From Raillietiella orientalis (taxonomy: Eukaryota), in the NCBI GenBank assembly GCA_036172245.1, contig JAYWIR010000038.1:1550001-1614000 (forward strand): a stretch of DNA of 64,000 bases. The letters are read 5' to 3'. The notes beneath the pieces are model-generated. The model had not been told where the DNA came from, did no database searches, and saw nothing but the letters and a program-made list of their open reading frames with translations. The translations under genes and the position numbers were made by a program. Numbering within the stretch: position 1 is the stretch's first letter; every line of letters begins with the position of its first letter. Below, one piece after another: positions 13,601 through 26,079 of this stretch.

Positions 13601-14999
13601 CTCAGCGCTGCGAAGCGACTTAAATAGCGACTGCGAAGAGCATTCTCAGGCATGACTGTCCTCAGGTAAGCAAACGACTGAAACTAATAAAACTCTACCG
13701 CTTGCTAGTTGGGGCAGAGGCAAACGTCACCGTAGCCTCCGCGCAAAGAGCATCTCTGCTTCAAGAAACGGACAGAACCATGGAAACGTAGCGTTACTAA
13801 CGCTCTCAGAGCAGTTCTCACCGCAGAAAGCACGCTGCCATCTCCAGTGCAAACTTTCGAGAACCTCGTAATCAGCCTCCTCGCTGCCTTCCTTGAAGAA
13901 TGTGGCTCCGAGAGAACGTGCCGCACGGCGTCTGCAGACATCGATCCGGAATCCGGAATCTGAAGTGGATCTGTCTTGCCGGAGAACTTCAGCTCTGCTC
14001 TGTGAATAGTGGCGAGTGATCCTTTCCTCAGTTCGTGTCATCATCGCCAAAGCATGTCATTGAAAGATGATATAGGTCCAACAACGAATTCGATTATAGT
14101 GTGTGTAGTGTGTGCATATCTTATCGGTGTCGTTCATATCTCTGTTACTCTTTACTTATTTATTTTTTTAGGCTGACTGCTCTACTGTTGCCATTGATTA
14201 CGTACTTGCTATCGAATACATCAGGACTTACATCGATACATCACTATTGATCGTATCACTCATTTGATCAGGAGTCTCATAGATGTCGTTGCTTCAGCTC
14301 TCTGTCATCAGGATTAGGTTGAATAGCTTTTCCATCCTTACCTTTGATTTCTGGTACACTTTTGCACCATTAAGTATCTTCAATCTTTGGGGTTATTGCC
14401 GGCGATTAATGTTATCGTTTATTGTTTCCAAATTATTCCTTACTTATTACTTATTAACCTTATCATCATGCTTCACCCACTGCTGCTCTTCATATACCTA
14501 ATATCCAAAAATTTTTATCAAATTAATAAAATATCAATATTAATTCAGTTTTTATTATCGCAAAGAAACACTGAGCTATCATACCCATACGCCTGATCTC
14601 ATGCGTCTCATTATGAATTTCGTGATGTCAACTTATCTGAGGCCTCCACTGAGCTCAGATGAGATCCCTACCGAGCACCCCTTCCCAGTGAGAACGTACG
14701 AAGAGGAAAGTCAGAAGGGACAAGAGACGCGATCGGTGAACGTCCGCAGCGAATTTTTTATAGGGAGGCAACAGCCTGGGAGGTGGGCACAACAAAAAAA
14801 TTGTAGGGACTTTGGAGGGAAGCAGCAAGGTTGCTACTTCCCAGGGTGAAAGAAAAATTTCGACTCCCCCGCTAGATCAGCTGCTTCTGATCCTCATCTC
14901 TGGCATCTGCTTCCCAGCGAGCGTCCTTGTCACTTGATGGAGGGCTATCCAAAGTCCGATTTACGCGTGGGTTTCTCCTCTGCCGAGGAACGTTTTTGC

Positions 15000-17900
15000 C
15001 TAGCAGAGAGAAGCGGCGTTCAGTCTCGGTTTCTTCCGGTTCACTTCCCTCTCAAAGTAAATCGAAAAGGATAAATGCTGTCGATTTCAAGGACGGAACT
15101 CGGTTGCTATTCTTGAATTGAATCCAGTTTCCAGAACATTCCTGGGCTTGCAAAAAAGGCTATGTTCTTTCCTGCATCCTGTTTCCTAGACGCTCATCTC
15201 CTCCGCATTGTAACATGGCAAAAGGGAAATGCAAACTTGGAAAAGGAAGCGACTTTTTGGTATTAGTCGATCCACAGCCATTTGGCATCCACGGTATGCA
15301 CCCTCTTTCTTCAGCTGCCATCCTAGTGTCTTCGGATTTTCCTCCGCGAAATGTTAGGGGATGAGCAGAAGGCATATCCAGATTTGGAGGGAGTTTCGTT
15401 TCGCAGCAACAACAGCCCTTGTGCTCCCTCGCCGTCCTGTGACAGGAAAATTCTCTTCTGGAATGTTCTCCTTTGGCCCCCAGAAAACCATTGCTATCCC
15501 TTGCATCCCCTATGCTTCCAACCGACTAGTCACCGAAAAGGCAGGAAATCCTGCACGTAAAGAGTGAAAAATTCGCCCCCAAATCTTTGGCTTTTAAAAG
15601 GGAGAAAGTCGATAATGGGATACTCACGAGTTGCAGAGTCTGCCCCATTTCCCTCATTCAACTCGCTTCTTGGGCCTGGCACACTCTACCAGCACTTATC
15701 AACACAGGCACGCATTCTTCACACACGTTTCTTTGTTCCTCCGAGGTGTCTTCTGATTGCGCGAAAAGCAGTGGTTTCCGCCTTCCTGGATTTGTTAGAA
15801 ATTCCATCAACAAGATGTAATTTCTTTCCCATGTTTTCCCTTCCCCGTTAACACAGTCATCGACAATCTGATGAATAATCATACTGTTGACGATCTTATC
15901 AGCAAGATTACGTATGCCGTGATCAGTTGGATCCTTCCCACAGGCTTTTTCAGAGAAGTCAGCGTCCTGACTTTCTGCGAATGAGCTTTTGGGTGAAGCA
16001 TCGCTTGCCAAGATATCAAGTGCTACTGCAGTACCACAGGCTCTGCTTGAGCAGAGGATTCCCTGAGCTGCTCCTTGAACCGGGTGTTCCCTTAGATCAC
16101 GCAGAAGTGTTTCCCGAACTCAGCAAGAAAAGGGATGAACAGAAGATACGTCCAGGTTTGGAGGGAGTTTCTTTTCGCGCCACAGCAGCTCATGTGCCCC
16201 CTCACTGTCCTGTAACAGGAGGACCCTGCCTCTCCCCTTTGAAGAATAGCTTGCACCTTCCCTGGAACCTCAAAAGGAAAAGCAGCGAACAGGAAGATGA
16301 AAATCACAGCTCGGTTACTGCGTCCCCCGCGCATTTTCTTGCCGGCTACCATCCCTGCGAAGTGGTGATCAGCACGCAGCAGGGCAGTTTCGTCTCCAAG
16401 AGAGTGAACCACGGTTTCCAAGGCCAAGCTGATGCATTGCCTCCTCAGAACTGCGATGAACGTGGGAACTCGCGACCAGAGGATTTGCCGGACACGACAA
16501 ATGTGAGGAAAAGCCCGAATGAAAATCCCAGTGAGAATCTTGATGGAGCTCTTCTTAGGGGCGTAGGACCGAGCTGCCATCCTCGCACTTTTCTTCAACA
16601 TTCAGAATGTGACCATTTTTGTGTGTGTGTTATTTTCTTTCAGTTTGTTTTTCACGTTGTTTCTTATTCTGTTTTTTTCTTTTTTTTTTCGCGCCATTCT
16701 CTCGTTCAGAAATCACAAAGCCTCGACCCACATCGGAAATTCTTCTCCGTCGATCCTCTATGGATTTCCGTTTTCCATGGATCCGTCAGGAGCTGGGGAT
16801 CTTGGACCCCCTCGCCTGGAATTTCAGGACAGCAAGAGGCTGCTCGTGTGAGACTTCACGAGGAAGCATCCGCAGATCGACAGCCTGCCCCTACCAGAAT
16901 GCGGGACTTGCCCTGGGGATTATCGTTGTTACGGGAAGAACAATCATATGGACCGAACATCTGATCGGTTCCTCTTGTGGAGTCTGCGTCCCAAATTACT
17001 TCTGAAAGAAACTTATTGTGGAATGCTGGTCATTTCCAGCAAGAGACTTTCCTCCACCGGCCATCTCAATGAAAGCTGGCTGTTCGTTCCTCAGGAATCA
17101 GGATGTTCTCGCTTCACTTTCTCACCTTGGAGCAGGATATTTCCCTTTTCTCTCTCTCGAGATTCATTTTGGGTTTCATTGGCTCTGGCTGCTGTCTTAA
17201 ACCCTTTGATTTTCCCTAGATAGAAGATGCCTTGACTTTTCAAGACCTCCTTCCTCACGTCTCCATAGCGACAAGAATGTTCTGAACTGTGGATCTGATT
17301 TCGTGAGCTTCCTCTTGCAGGAACTTCGTACAGGCTCCCTCATCTTCAGTGCGTCCATTAAAGCAGCAGTCCCCACTCAGGACATTCCACAACCGGAGTT
17401 TCTGTGACCGTGGCACCCGTCATAGTTACGAAAATTTCAGTTTCTTCCTTTTCTTACTTTAGAGCAACTGAACTCCTTCGGCCCTCTGCTTTGCTCATCT
17501 GGGTTCCCAGGAGTGGAATATTGGGATCAGCAAAGTGCAAGAAGGGGCTCAGTAGGTCATCATTCTTCGAACAGAGTCCAGCATCTCTTGGTTTCCGTCC
17601 ATACGGGAGGATGGGAATTCTCGATCACCTGGTCCCTGCCTTCTTTCTCCGAAAAGCCTCCCGCTCCCATGAACGTTTCTTGGGGCGATTCTCGGGGTCC
17701 ATCTTTTTCTCATGACATCATCTGTCACGACTATCCAAGCAAGGCACAGACCAGAAAGCTTCCGACAGGCTTCCTAACCCCTGCGGGCCTCTTCCGAGGC
17801 AGTCGCGGCGGAGTCTGCAGCCCTGCGACTCGCGCGCCTCCTGCAAGTGGCGATGCGAAAACCGCTCTCCTCCTCCTTCTCTCCACACCCGTCCCTTCCT

Positions 17901-18300
17901 GCCCGGCGGCGGCGCGGGTGCGAAAGGAGGGAGGAGTCCACGATTCCGAGGCTCCGAAGAGCATCTTCGGGAGTTTTCGCGCACGCGAGGTGGGGAGCAT
18001 CCCCTCAGGGGCACCCGATCTTTCACGAGCGGAGAGTCTTCGTCTCTTGGCGAGGGGGGGGGAAGAAGCCTCCCGCTCCCTCGCGGCAGCAGCATCCGAC
18101 CTGAGTGGGCACACGCTGAAAACCCGGCGGAACCCGTGATGCAGACGGGTACGGGTGCCATCCAGGGAATTTTTTTTTTCCTTGGGGACACCCTCCCAGC
18201 CTCGTTGCCACCACGTCCGTCTCGCACGGGTTTCCAAGGATGCAAGCTCGGAAAGGTGCTGATCGAGGAAGGATGCGTCTCGAAGGCATGGTTACCCGGC
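15000..18300 (-). mobile_element. Degenerate non-LTR RT relic
   Basis: PWK...RKKK..W, FSACAHSGR, KDRVPLRGC (for QKGFxPxxGC) and NDDLL (for ADDL). Boundaries uncertain. Confidence 0.45.
15368..16222 (+). repeat. Diverged direct duplication of ~80 bp (15368-15450 and 16141-16222)
   Basis: tccag(a/g)tttggagggagtttc(g/t)tttcgc...tgtgc.ccctc.c.gtcctgt.acagga occurs twice. Confidence 0.8.
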
Positions 18301-18745
18301 AGCGGACGTCTCTCCGTCCTTGAGAAACGAAAGTGACTCGGAAACAGGATTGCCAGCTGGTGCTATTCCGCATGGTTTCAAGTTCTGCCGGGTCCTTGTG
18401 GAGACCTGGGGGGAGGAGGAGGGAGGGAGGGGAGGAAGAACAACGATCGTCTCGCCCGCTGCCCTCAGGACGGCAGGAGAGAATTATTCCATGTTCTTCT
18501 TCCGCCCAAGACTGTTCGGTAGCTGAAACTTCCGGTTGACTTTCATTCATCATGAGAACGCCTCCGTTTCCGCGGAAGACGGTCCCCTCCTCCCTTTCTC
18601 CACCTCCATCTCATCCCACCTTCCGCGACGGGCACAGCAGAGGCTTCGCCTCCAAAGGGCTTTGGGAAACTTCCAGCACCTGGAAAGCAGGAGAGCCGGG
18701 TGGTTCCTCTCCTGGCTCGCCGCCAACTCATCCAACGAGGAGGAG

Positions 18746-19049
18746 CGCCAGGGTCTCCATCTTTTCGTCCGTCACCATCTTCTGCGAAAGAGGGCGCAGT
18801 GAGTCCCTCCCTTGAGTATCTTCCCTTCCGCTCTCCTCTTCCACCTTCTTCCCTCGGAAACGCGGCGTCGAGTTGCTCCCAGAACTCTCCTGTCGATCCA
18901 GGGAGCCCGCCGCACTTCCTGGCTGGAGAGCGGGCGACGGCTGGGCGGTCGCACGGGGAACAAGGGCGGTCGCTCGGGACTCGCCGGGGTTTCCATCTTT
19001 TCGTCCGTCACTGTCTTCTGCGGAAGAGGGCGCAGGGAGTCCCTCCCTT
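18746..19049 (+). repeat. Local direct duplication of ~68 bp (18746-18813 and 18982-19049)
   Basis: gggt(c/t)tccatcttttcgtccgtcac..tcttctgcg(a/g)aagagggcgcag(t/g)gagtccctccctt occurs twice. Confidence 0.85.
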
Positions 19050-20667
19050 TCTCTGTCCTCCTCTGCCATCTTCCTCCCACCGACCCGGCCGACCTCGCTG
19101 CACTCCGAACCTCCACCGGCCTGAGGAAGCCCACCTGCCCTGAATCCGAAAGGGCGTCCCTTCAAGTCTTCGGGCCCAAGGTGCACCTTTCCGTGCCTAT
19201 GCCCCTCCGGGATCCTGCTTCCGGGTTTCAGGATGCTTCCTGGAAAGCAGTTCTCCCGAGGACGCTTCCGGTCGAGAAAGTGAGAGCGCGCCCGAGGCGG
19301 GGTCTCCCGTGGCAACGGTCGAGAGTTCCCACTCCTGTTCCCTCGTCAATGAGCCTCCTGACCCTGCGAATCCTCGGTTCCTCGACCTCTGCGCATTCTA
19401 CCGCCCTGCAGTGCTTTCGCAGCATCGCTCGGCTTTCTCTGCATCCCCACCGTGCCAGTACGCAGGAACCTCGGCTAGCGGCAGCGGCGGAGGTGGCTGC
19501 AAAGAGGGACGGGAGAAGAGCGGACCGTTTTTTGCAGACGTCTTTTCCTCGAGAACTCGGGGTCGAGCTGCTCCCGGGACTCTCGCGCCTGATCCAGGTA
19601 GCTTGGCTCTCTTCCTGGAGACTGAGTGGTCATGCGGGAGGTGGGGAGTCCCAGGTGAGTTTCTGCCTCTCCTGGAAGCTGTTCCCGCTCCCGCTCACCA
19701 CTTGACTTGGAGTGAACCGCGACCAGGAGAACCGCGCGGTCTCCTCGGATGAGTCTCTCGAGGTGCAGGTGTGCACCTCATCCTCACATGTGTCCCACAG
19801 GGTGCCCGTCCCCTCCTTCCGAAGGGAACCCCTCAGTGGGCGGGTCTTTCCTCCAGAATGCAAACGATGGAGAGGAGGATGCGAAGTCGTCGGGAAAAGA
19901 TCGGGACCTGGAGAGGTCTCTCCAGGTTTCTTCCTGCGGGAACCACCCGGCTCCAGAAGGATGCCCCGCCCTTCCCGTGGAGGGAAGCTTCTGGACACAG
20001 AAGGATGCATCCATTCGAGCCCCGTCGCCTGGGCGAGCTCGCGGGAAAGGCAGGAGAGAGCGAGTTCTAGCGATTTTTCAGAAGGCACGAGCGCGGCCCC
20101 CTCGCGCCCGGCCACCCTCTCTCTGCCCGAGCTTTTCCCGTGCAAGTCCCGAATATTTCCTGGGAGCTCCCTCGAAGGTTCTCGGGAACAGGAAAGGACG
20201 GAGGGGAAAGGATGATCTGAGAAGAGGAACGTCTGAGGGTCGCGAGACCAAAGGCGAAAGATAGCGGCCGAAAGCGCCAGAGGGATTTCCGCGCTCCTTC
20301 CGGTGGACGAAGACGGCGAGAAGTCGGTGGGTGACGCAACCTCGACCGAGGTGAGAAGATGGAGGAGGGGAGAGGAGAGGCGCGTGGAGACCACCTAGAG
20401 GAACAGGTTTATTCCTCTCCTCTTTTTTTTTCCTCTTCCTTCTTCTTCCTCCTCCTCCTATTTCTCCTCCTTGTCATCATTGTCGTCGTCTCCACCGCAG
20501 TCTTTCTCTCTTTCTCGCCTCCCTTTCCCTCTCCTCTCTCTCGTTCCTCCTCAGCGCAGCCTTTCTTTCTTCCTCCCCCCCCCCTCCGATGCCTCGCGTT
20601 CTTGCGGCAGGGAAAGCGAGGAGAGCGCGACCGTTCGCAGCGACCACCGCGGGCAGTCTCCCACCAT

Positions 20668-20704
20668 TATATAAAGGCGGGACGCGGAGGACGAAGTCTC
20701 AGCT
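20668..20704 (+). promoter_or_regulatory. TATA box plus Inr-like element of cuticle gene 1
   Basis: TATATAAAGG at 20668-20677 and TCAGCT (Inr-like) at 20699-20704, about 30 bp apart and about 90 bp upstream of the ATG at 20791. Confidence 0.7.
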
Positions 20705-20790
20705 CCAACCGTCCGAACAGACCTCTCGTCTCCAAGAGATCCCCATAGGCGCATCTAGAGAGGCAAAGAAGAAACGAGCGCCGCCCAAGC

Positions 20791-22174
20791 ATGTGGTTTC
20801 TGCAAGTAGCGGTAAGTAAAGAGTCCTCTGACTCGCCCCCGCCGCACCCTCGCCTTGCTCGGTCACCTTCCCCCCTCCCTCCCTCCCACCTTCTGGGGAG
20901 AAAAAATCCTCTTAGGCTTGCACCCTGAGGCCGGAAGTCCACGCGCTCTTCCCACTCCCGCCTGCCAGCCCCTTTCCTCCTTCTCCCCCGTGAGAGCCGA
21001 AGGACGACTCCTCCGCGGTGGAAGAGGAAAGGGGAAGGGAAGGAGGACTTAGGACTTCTGGAGGTTCCCCCTCCGTTTCCTCCAAGAGGATGCTCTCATA
21101 AACCGCCTTTGCTCCCCCGCGTCCCGGAAGGAAGCGCAGCAGCCCCCTCCCGCGTCCTCCTATGTCTTCAAAGGCACGACGTTCGAGGAAGGGAAGAAGA
21201 GGAGAAGGGGTGGACGAAAGGATGCCTTTCCCCCACTTCCACCTCAGCTTCCTGTTCCACAGTTCCACGGCCCCAAGGAGGAAAAGATACAAGGGGGAGC
21301 AGCCGCTGCTCGTGCCCCGCCCACCCCTATTCTCCTGGTTCCCGAGAGAGGTGGTGCCCTTCCATTCAACAGGAATAAGGGTCAGGACGCAGTGTTATGC
21401 TGCGGAGAATGTGGGCTGCTTCCCTCCCTCCCGAGGCACCGCAGCGATCGCAGCCGGAAGGGAGGAGAGAACGTCCCGAAGGACCGGAAAGAGCGCTGCG
21501 GCGATCATTGCACGCCTCGAGCGGGCGCGCGCGCGCGCGTCCCCTGACCCCTTCTTCGTTCCCATCCGCTCCTGGGTGCTCTTCCCGACTCTCTCTCATC
21601 GCCTCCTTCATCTTCCTCGTGCCTCCAGGTAGTGATACTGTCGACAGTCTTCTGCACAGCGAGGCCCCAGAAACAGGATGTCGATCGTTTCGATAGACCG
21701 CCGTTCCCTGAAAGGGGTATCAGGCCGGCGCCCCATGTGAGGCCGCAGCCGGGCATCCCCTACAGCAGCACTGCGAGGATCCCCATTTTGAGCCTCAAAT
21801 TCAATCGCGAGCCCAGATCCTACTCCTACAGGTATGTTGCACCCTCCGTGCCCTCCTTCGTCCCTCATTCCGGGCGCTGTCTGGGCTCCCCTCCGCTCCT
21901 TCCCTTTCCTGCTCGCTTCCGGCTTCACCGCCGCCTCTCCTTATCCTCCAGCTTCCTAACCGGAAACGGCATCTCGAGTGAAGAGGTTGGAGAATTCCTG
22001 CCCGGAGAGACCGAGGAAACGGGCACCTCAATTGTCAAGGGGTCCTACCGCTACACGGCTCCAGACGGGAAGGAAATCGTGGTCACCTACATAGCAGACG
22101 AGAACGGGTTCCAGCCCACGGGCAATCACATCCCGAGTCTGCAACGCAAGGCAAGGGCCGTGCTGATCCAGTAG
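20791..22174 (+). CDS. Cuticular protein, RR-1-type chitin-binding (Rebers-Riddiford) domain, 3 exons, 148 aa
   Basis: Exons 20791-20811 (MWFLQVA|gtaagt), 21629-21831 (ctccag|VVILSTVFCTARPQ...IPILSLKFNREPRSYSY-AG|gtatgt) and 21952-22174 (ctccag|FLTGNGISSEEVGEF...KGSYRYTAPDGKEIVVTYIADENGFQPTGNHIP...*). Splice phases match (0, 2). The joined N-terminus is a signal peptide ending ...FCTA-RPQ. The R&R consensus GSYxYxxPDG...YxADENGFQP is present. Confidence 0.93.
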
Positions 22175-22442
22175 GAGGCCTTCCTCTCGTCTTCCTTCGT
22201 CTCCTGAGATGGTTGGAGCATCCTTTAGATGTTGGTTAACAGAAGCCTTCCGAGAAAACCCCTCCCCAAGAATGTAGCAGCAGCTGGATGATAAACTCTC
22301 GTTGATTGGTCTATTTATTTATTTATTTTTCCTTCGCCTCTTTCCATCCTTTGCTTCCTCATTTCTTCTTCCCTCCCCTTCCCTTTCGGTTCTCCTCTTC
22401 CCACTGTTTCCATCGAGGAGCAACCTTTTCCAGCACCTTGCA

Positions 22443-22581
22443 GTTGCCCGTGGGCTCCAGCCCTCGGGCAACCGCATCCCGAGCCTGCAGCTCAAGGTGC
22501 AGGCCGATCTTCCATTAGCTGAGAGGCCAGCAGTGCGAGCAGCAGCAGATCCTCTTTCAGAAGCAGCAGCATCACTACCAG
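22443..22581 (+). pseudogene. Partial duplicate of a cuticular protein 3' end (pseudo-exon)
   Basis: Translates ARGLQPSGNRIPSLQLKVQA versus ENGFQPTGNHIPSLQRKARA in gene 1. After a frameshift and stop there is a Q-rich tract (QQCEQQQILFQKQQHHYQE). Confidence 0.65.
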
Positions 22582-22622
22582 GAGACTTCACTTTGATCTT
22601 AGCCAAAAGGCCAAGGAGCGAT
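22582..22622 (-). ncRNA. U2: U2 snRNA 5' fragment (about nt 1-41), truncated and non-functional
   Basis: Minus strand reads ATCGCTCCTTGGCCTTTTGGCTAAGATCAAAGTGAAGTCTC. The U2 5' end, recalled from memory, is ATCGCTTCTCGGCCTTTTGGCTAAGATCAAAGTGTAGTATC, giving 4 mismatches. Similarity stops there. Confidence 0.85.
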
Positions 22623-24229
22623 TTCTGAACGAAATCCACGGGAACGCGGAAGGCCTCCTCTCAGGAGATACGGATGGAGAGAACGTGCAAGCTGAGTTGA
22701 CGGTCGTTCCTGCAAGGTCCCCTCTCTGCAAGGTTTCCTCTATGAGAACATGAAGCCATCCACCTTTCTGGACATTAGTTCGATAGGGTGAAGGGCAACT
22801 CGATCTCAGAATCCAGCGGTGCACAACCGCTGTCGGCATCCCCCTCCTTCATCTTCCTCTTCCTCTCCACCTTTTGTTTTTTTTTTTTTTCGCTTTCCTC
22901 TCGCATAGCCAGTAGCCAAGATGAGGCACGCCGCAGCCAGAAATCTTGCCCGCTCCATATGCAGACAGACGCATACCTTTCTTGTAAAGTTCACAAATAA
23001 CGCTTCCCTCCCGCCCAATCTTCATTCCTCCGGTACCGTTGACGATCAACAGCCTCTTCTCTCTTCTGCTTCTTTCATTGCTCTCTGTCGAAATCAAATC
23101 CCTTTTTTTTTGTTGCTGTTGTTATTGCTTCCTTTTTTCTTCTGTGAAAGGGGTTTCGTGGAGGCTCAGGTGAGAGGTATGCTCTCCAGCACACCACGGA
23201 GGGAGCACCTCTACCTGCATCTCCTCTAGCTCTGAGCAGATGCGACGGGAGAAAAGAGGAAACCATTTCTTCATTTCCTGGGAACTCTCCTCCAATGGAG
23301 TGGATTCGCCGACCAGCAGAATCACCCTCTCCTCCCCAAAATAGACCCACATGAGCTGCCATCCCTCAGAGCCAACCAGCCAACTGAACACACCTGCTCT
23401 TTCTCCTGGGTTGCTGCAAACGAGAGTTAGATAAGAAAATTGTGTGCTGAATTTTCTCCAGACGGGGTGAGTGAGGGAATTTCTGGAACAGCTGGTCCGT
23501 TGGTGCAAGCACACACTGCGTCTTACCGCGTCCTATGTACACCCGGAGAGCAGCGACCTGTAAGCGAGACGGAAGACACAAGAAAAAGGAATGTCCTGTC
23601 AATTCATGGAGCGTTAGAAGTCTCGGGATATAGATGGAGAAAACTCGTGATAGCTGCTTTTCCAGTTTTTTCGTTCGTCTCTGCCAATCATTCTATTCTA
23701 TATGAAATCTCTCAGTTGTTTCAAAGCTCCTTGCCCTCTTGCATTCAAAGAGCCTACTGGCAACACTGGCGGGAGATACCGCAGCTGCTCACACGGGCTA
23801 GCAACCAAACTGGGCAACGTGACCTGCTCTTCCGTGAACAGGGACGCGAATCCCTCCCTTATTCTTCTTGGCCACTTGCGTGCCGCAGGAGAGAAAACGA
23901 CCTCTGATGACTCTTCGGAAGGATTCCTAGCTTCCTGAGAAGTCAGGCAGCTTCCTCTTGCCTCTGGCAAGCACCAGGAGCTTCATAGGTTCTGGACATT
24001 CTCGAGCAGTCCTTTCCCAAGAAAAGACGGCTAATCATGCCTGGTGCTTGCCATGTTAGCAAGCATCCTTTAACATTACACGCTCAACACAGAACAGCCA
24101 GGCGCTTTGTATTGCGACAACCATTTTCGCTAATAAAGTCTCAGAGTTTCTTCTTGGAAGGAAGTTTCCATCAATCACAGCATTTCTTTGTTCTACACCA
24201 GAAACTAAAACACAAAAATTTCAGATGAA

Positions 24230-25230
24230 TATTCCTTGAAATTAGCTTAACAGACAGCTTCATGCTGATTGGCTCAACACATTGAATGAACCATTTAGAA
24301 GATCAAGAAGGTGGAACCATTGAAAGTATTTCAAGTTCTCTGTTGGAAAGAGGCCACCATACCTTTCATCTGCAATAATAACTGAACATGGTCCAGGTTC
24401 TTTGCCTCAGTGGAACCAGATGAGCGATAATACGAATTATTTGAATCTTATGATGTTCTGGTGCCTTGTGACCAGTGACTCCCGGAAATATAGGCTCGAT
24501 AACATCTCAGGAAACGTGGCAATAGTGACGGTACTAGTTCTGTTCTGCCCAGTTGCTCAGGTGTCATCTCTCTTTTTGGAGCACCTGCTTTGGGCAGTTC
24601 AGACATGGGAGATTCATTTGCAGCCACTTCTAGTATTTCAATCATCTTATTATTGTCCATGGCTCTTTGTAACTCAGTACACCAGCGCAGCAGGTAATTA
24701 TATCAGTTGCTTCGCCACTCGTGGCAATCCCGTGATGAATATCTGCAACTATTTAAGTTCATCTTCAGCTTTGAGTGGGTCATCGGCTTCCGATGCTAAT
24801 ATGACACCTCGGCAGAGGCAGCAGCGAAAAGAGCAACTCGACTTTTCACTTGGGCTGCAGAAGATGCTATTCCCTTGATAGTGGAGTCCTGTTGAGACGA
24901 TGGGTTCCACTGTACCGCGTCAATGCTATCAAGAAGCGCCATGATTGGATAGAGTGATGCGTCCATGGGTTTCAACGTGATCAACAGTCAAAAGATCACA
25001 CCACGCAGTCTAGTATTCGATAAATTCATTTTCCAATGACATGAATTCATCTCTTGTATCAGTACAATCGAATACAAATTGCAGCATGGGTTTCATCACA
25101 AATGACGCAGGAAAAACGCCATGCGTTTGAACAATGCGGGAGCCACATCAGAAGATGAGACATTTAGATAAACTCTGCAGCCATCTGTTCAACAAGAGCA
25201 GCAGCAGATATCTGGTGGCATATCAGCGGG
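24230..25230 (-). mobile_element. Degenerate hAT-family transposase relic
   Basis: FKRMAFF, KMNLSNTRL (for LKxLSxTRW), LYPIMALLDSI, and LPK..KR...CYRAYI (for LPR..RQ...YYR..I). Contains stops and frameshifts; no TIRs identified. Confidence 0.45.
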
Positions 25231-26079
25231 CAATAAGAAACTCAGTTTGGTTTCTGTGAGGGATTTGTCACTTCCCAAAGTCCTGTGCAGGTTTCAGCTT
25301 TCCTCGAAAACCTGCAAAGTAGAGGTGTTTTCCTCCTTAAGGACGAGGAGGGCCTCTGCTAGGAACCAGTTCGGATGTGCCAAGATGGTGTTCCTGAAGA
25401 AATTATTTGTCCTCTTGAAGGATGTGAGCACAAGAAATAGGCCTCCAAAACGTTTGAAAATCCACAGACGATGGCTATGGAGTCTATAGGATCTTGATCA
25501 GCACTGTCGACGGCAGCCTTGTCGTGATACAGCAAAGCTTTTATCTTTCGTGCTTCGCACCTCCTCTTAGGCACCACATCGGAGTATCTGTATGACTGTA
25601 TTTTCCTTCGGCACACACAGTCATACTCGCCAGCTTCCTTTTCCCTGGCATACCCCACGGTGCATCTAACACCAGAGAACACATCTGGTAAGAGGACGGA
25701 TGGGTGTTCCTCCGCCCTCTTGTACTCTTGCAAGTAGCCCAAACACAGCTGTCAAAGGAATTGAAAGCCGTGATGTGGAGATGGTTAGAGAAAAAAAAGT
25801 CCCCATGCCCCCTTTTTCTCTGCTTCCGGAACAGGATAGTCAGATTTCTCCCGGTCCTCGAGCGGTTCACTCGAGGGAGGAGTAACACGCTGGAAGTGGC
25901 AGAACTGACTTTGCTTCCGGACTGTGTCCAGATGCAAACCAGAAAGCTGCCCTCATCTCCTCTGCATCCTTTTAGACACGTCGTCTCTCTCTTTTTCCTT
26001 TGAACGGCAGTTCGGATCTCAGCACTGCAGCCTCCCGAAGCGAGGGTGACTCCGAAAAATCAAGCCGTCCTTTCGCTAT

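Noticed and set aside
13873..13890. CAGCCTCCTCGCTG resembling the HDV ribozyme core (similar TCCTCG motifs near 37000, 47452, 50580)
   Set aside because: The required P3/P1/P1.1 pairings could not be built by eye.
15927..16964. 345-aa plus-strand ORF
   Set aside because: No domain, and it runs through low-complexity T-rich sequence in a relic region.
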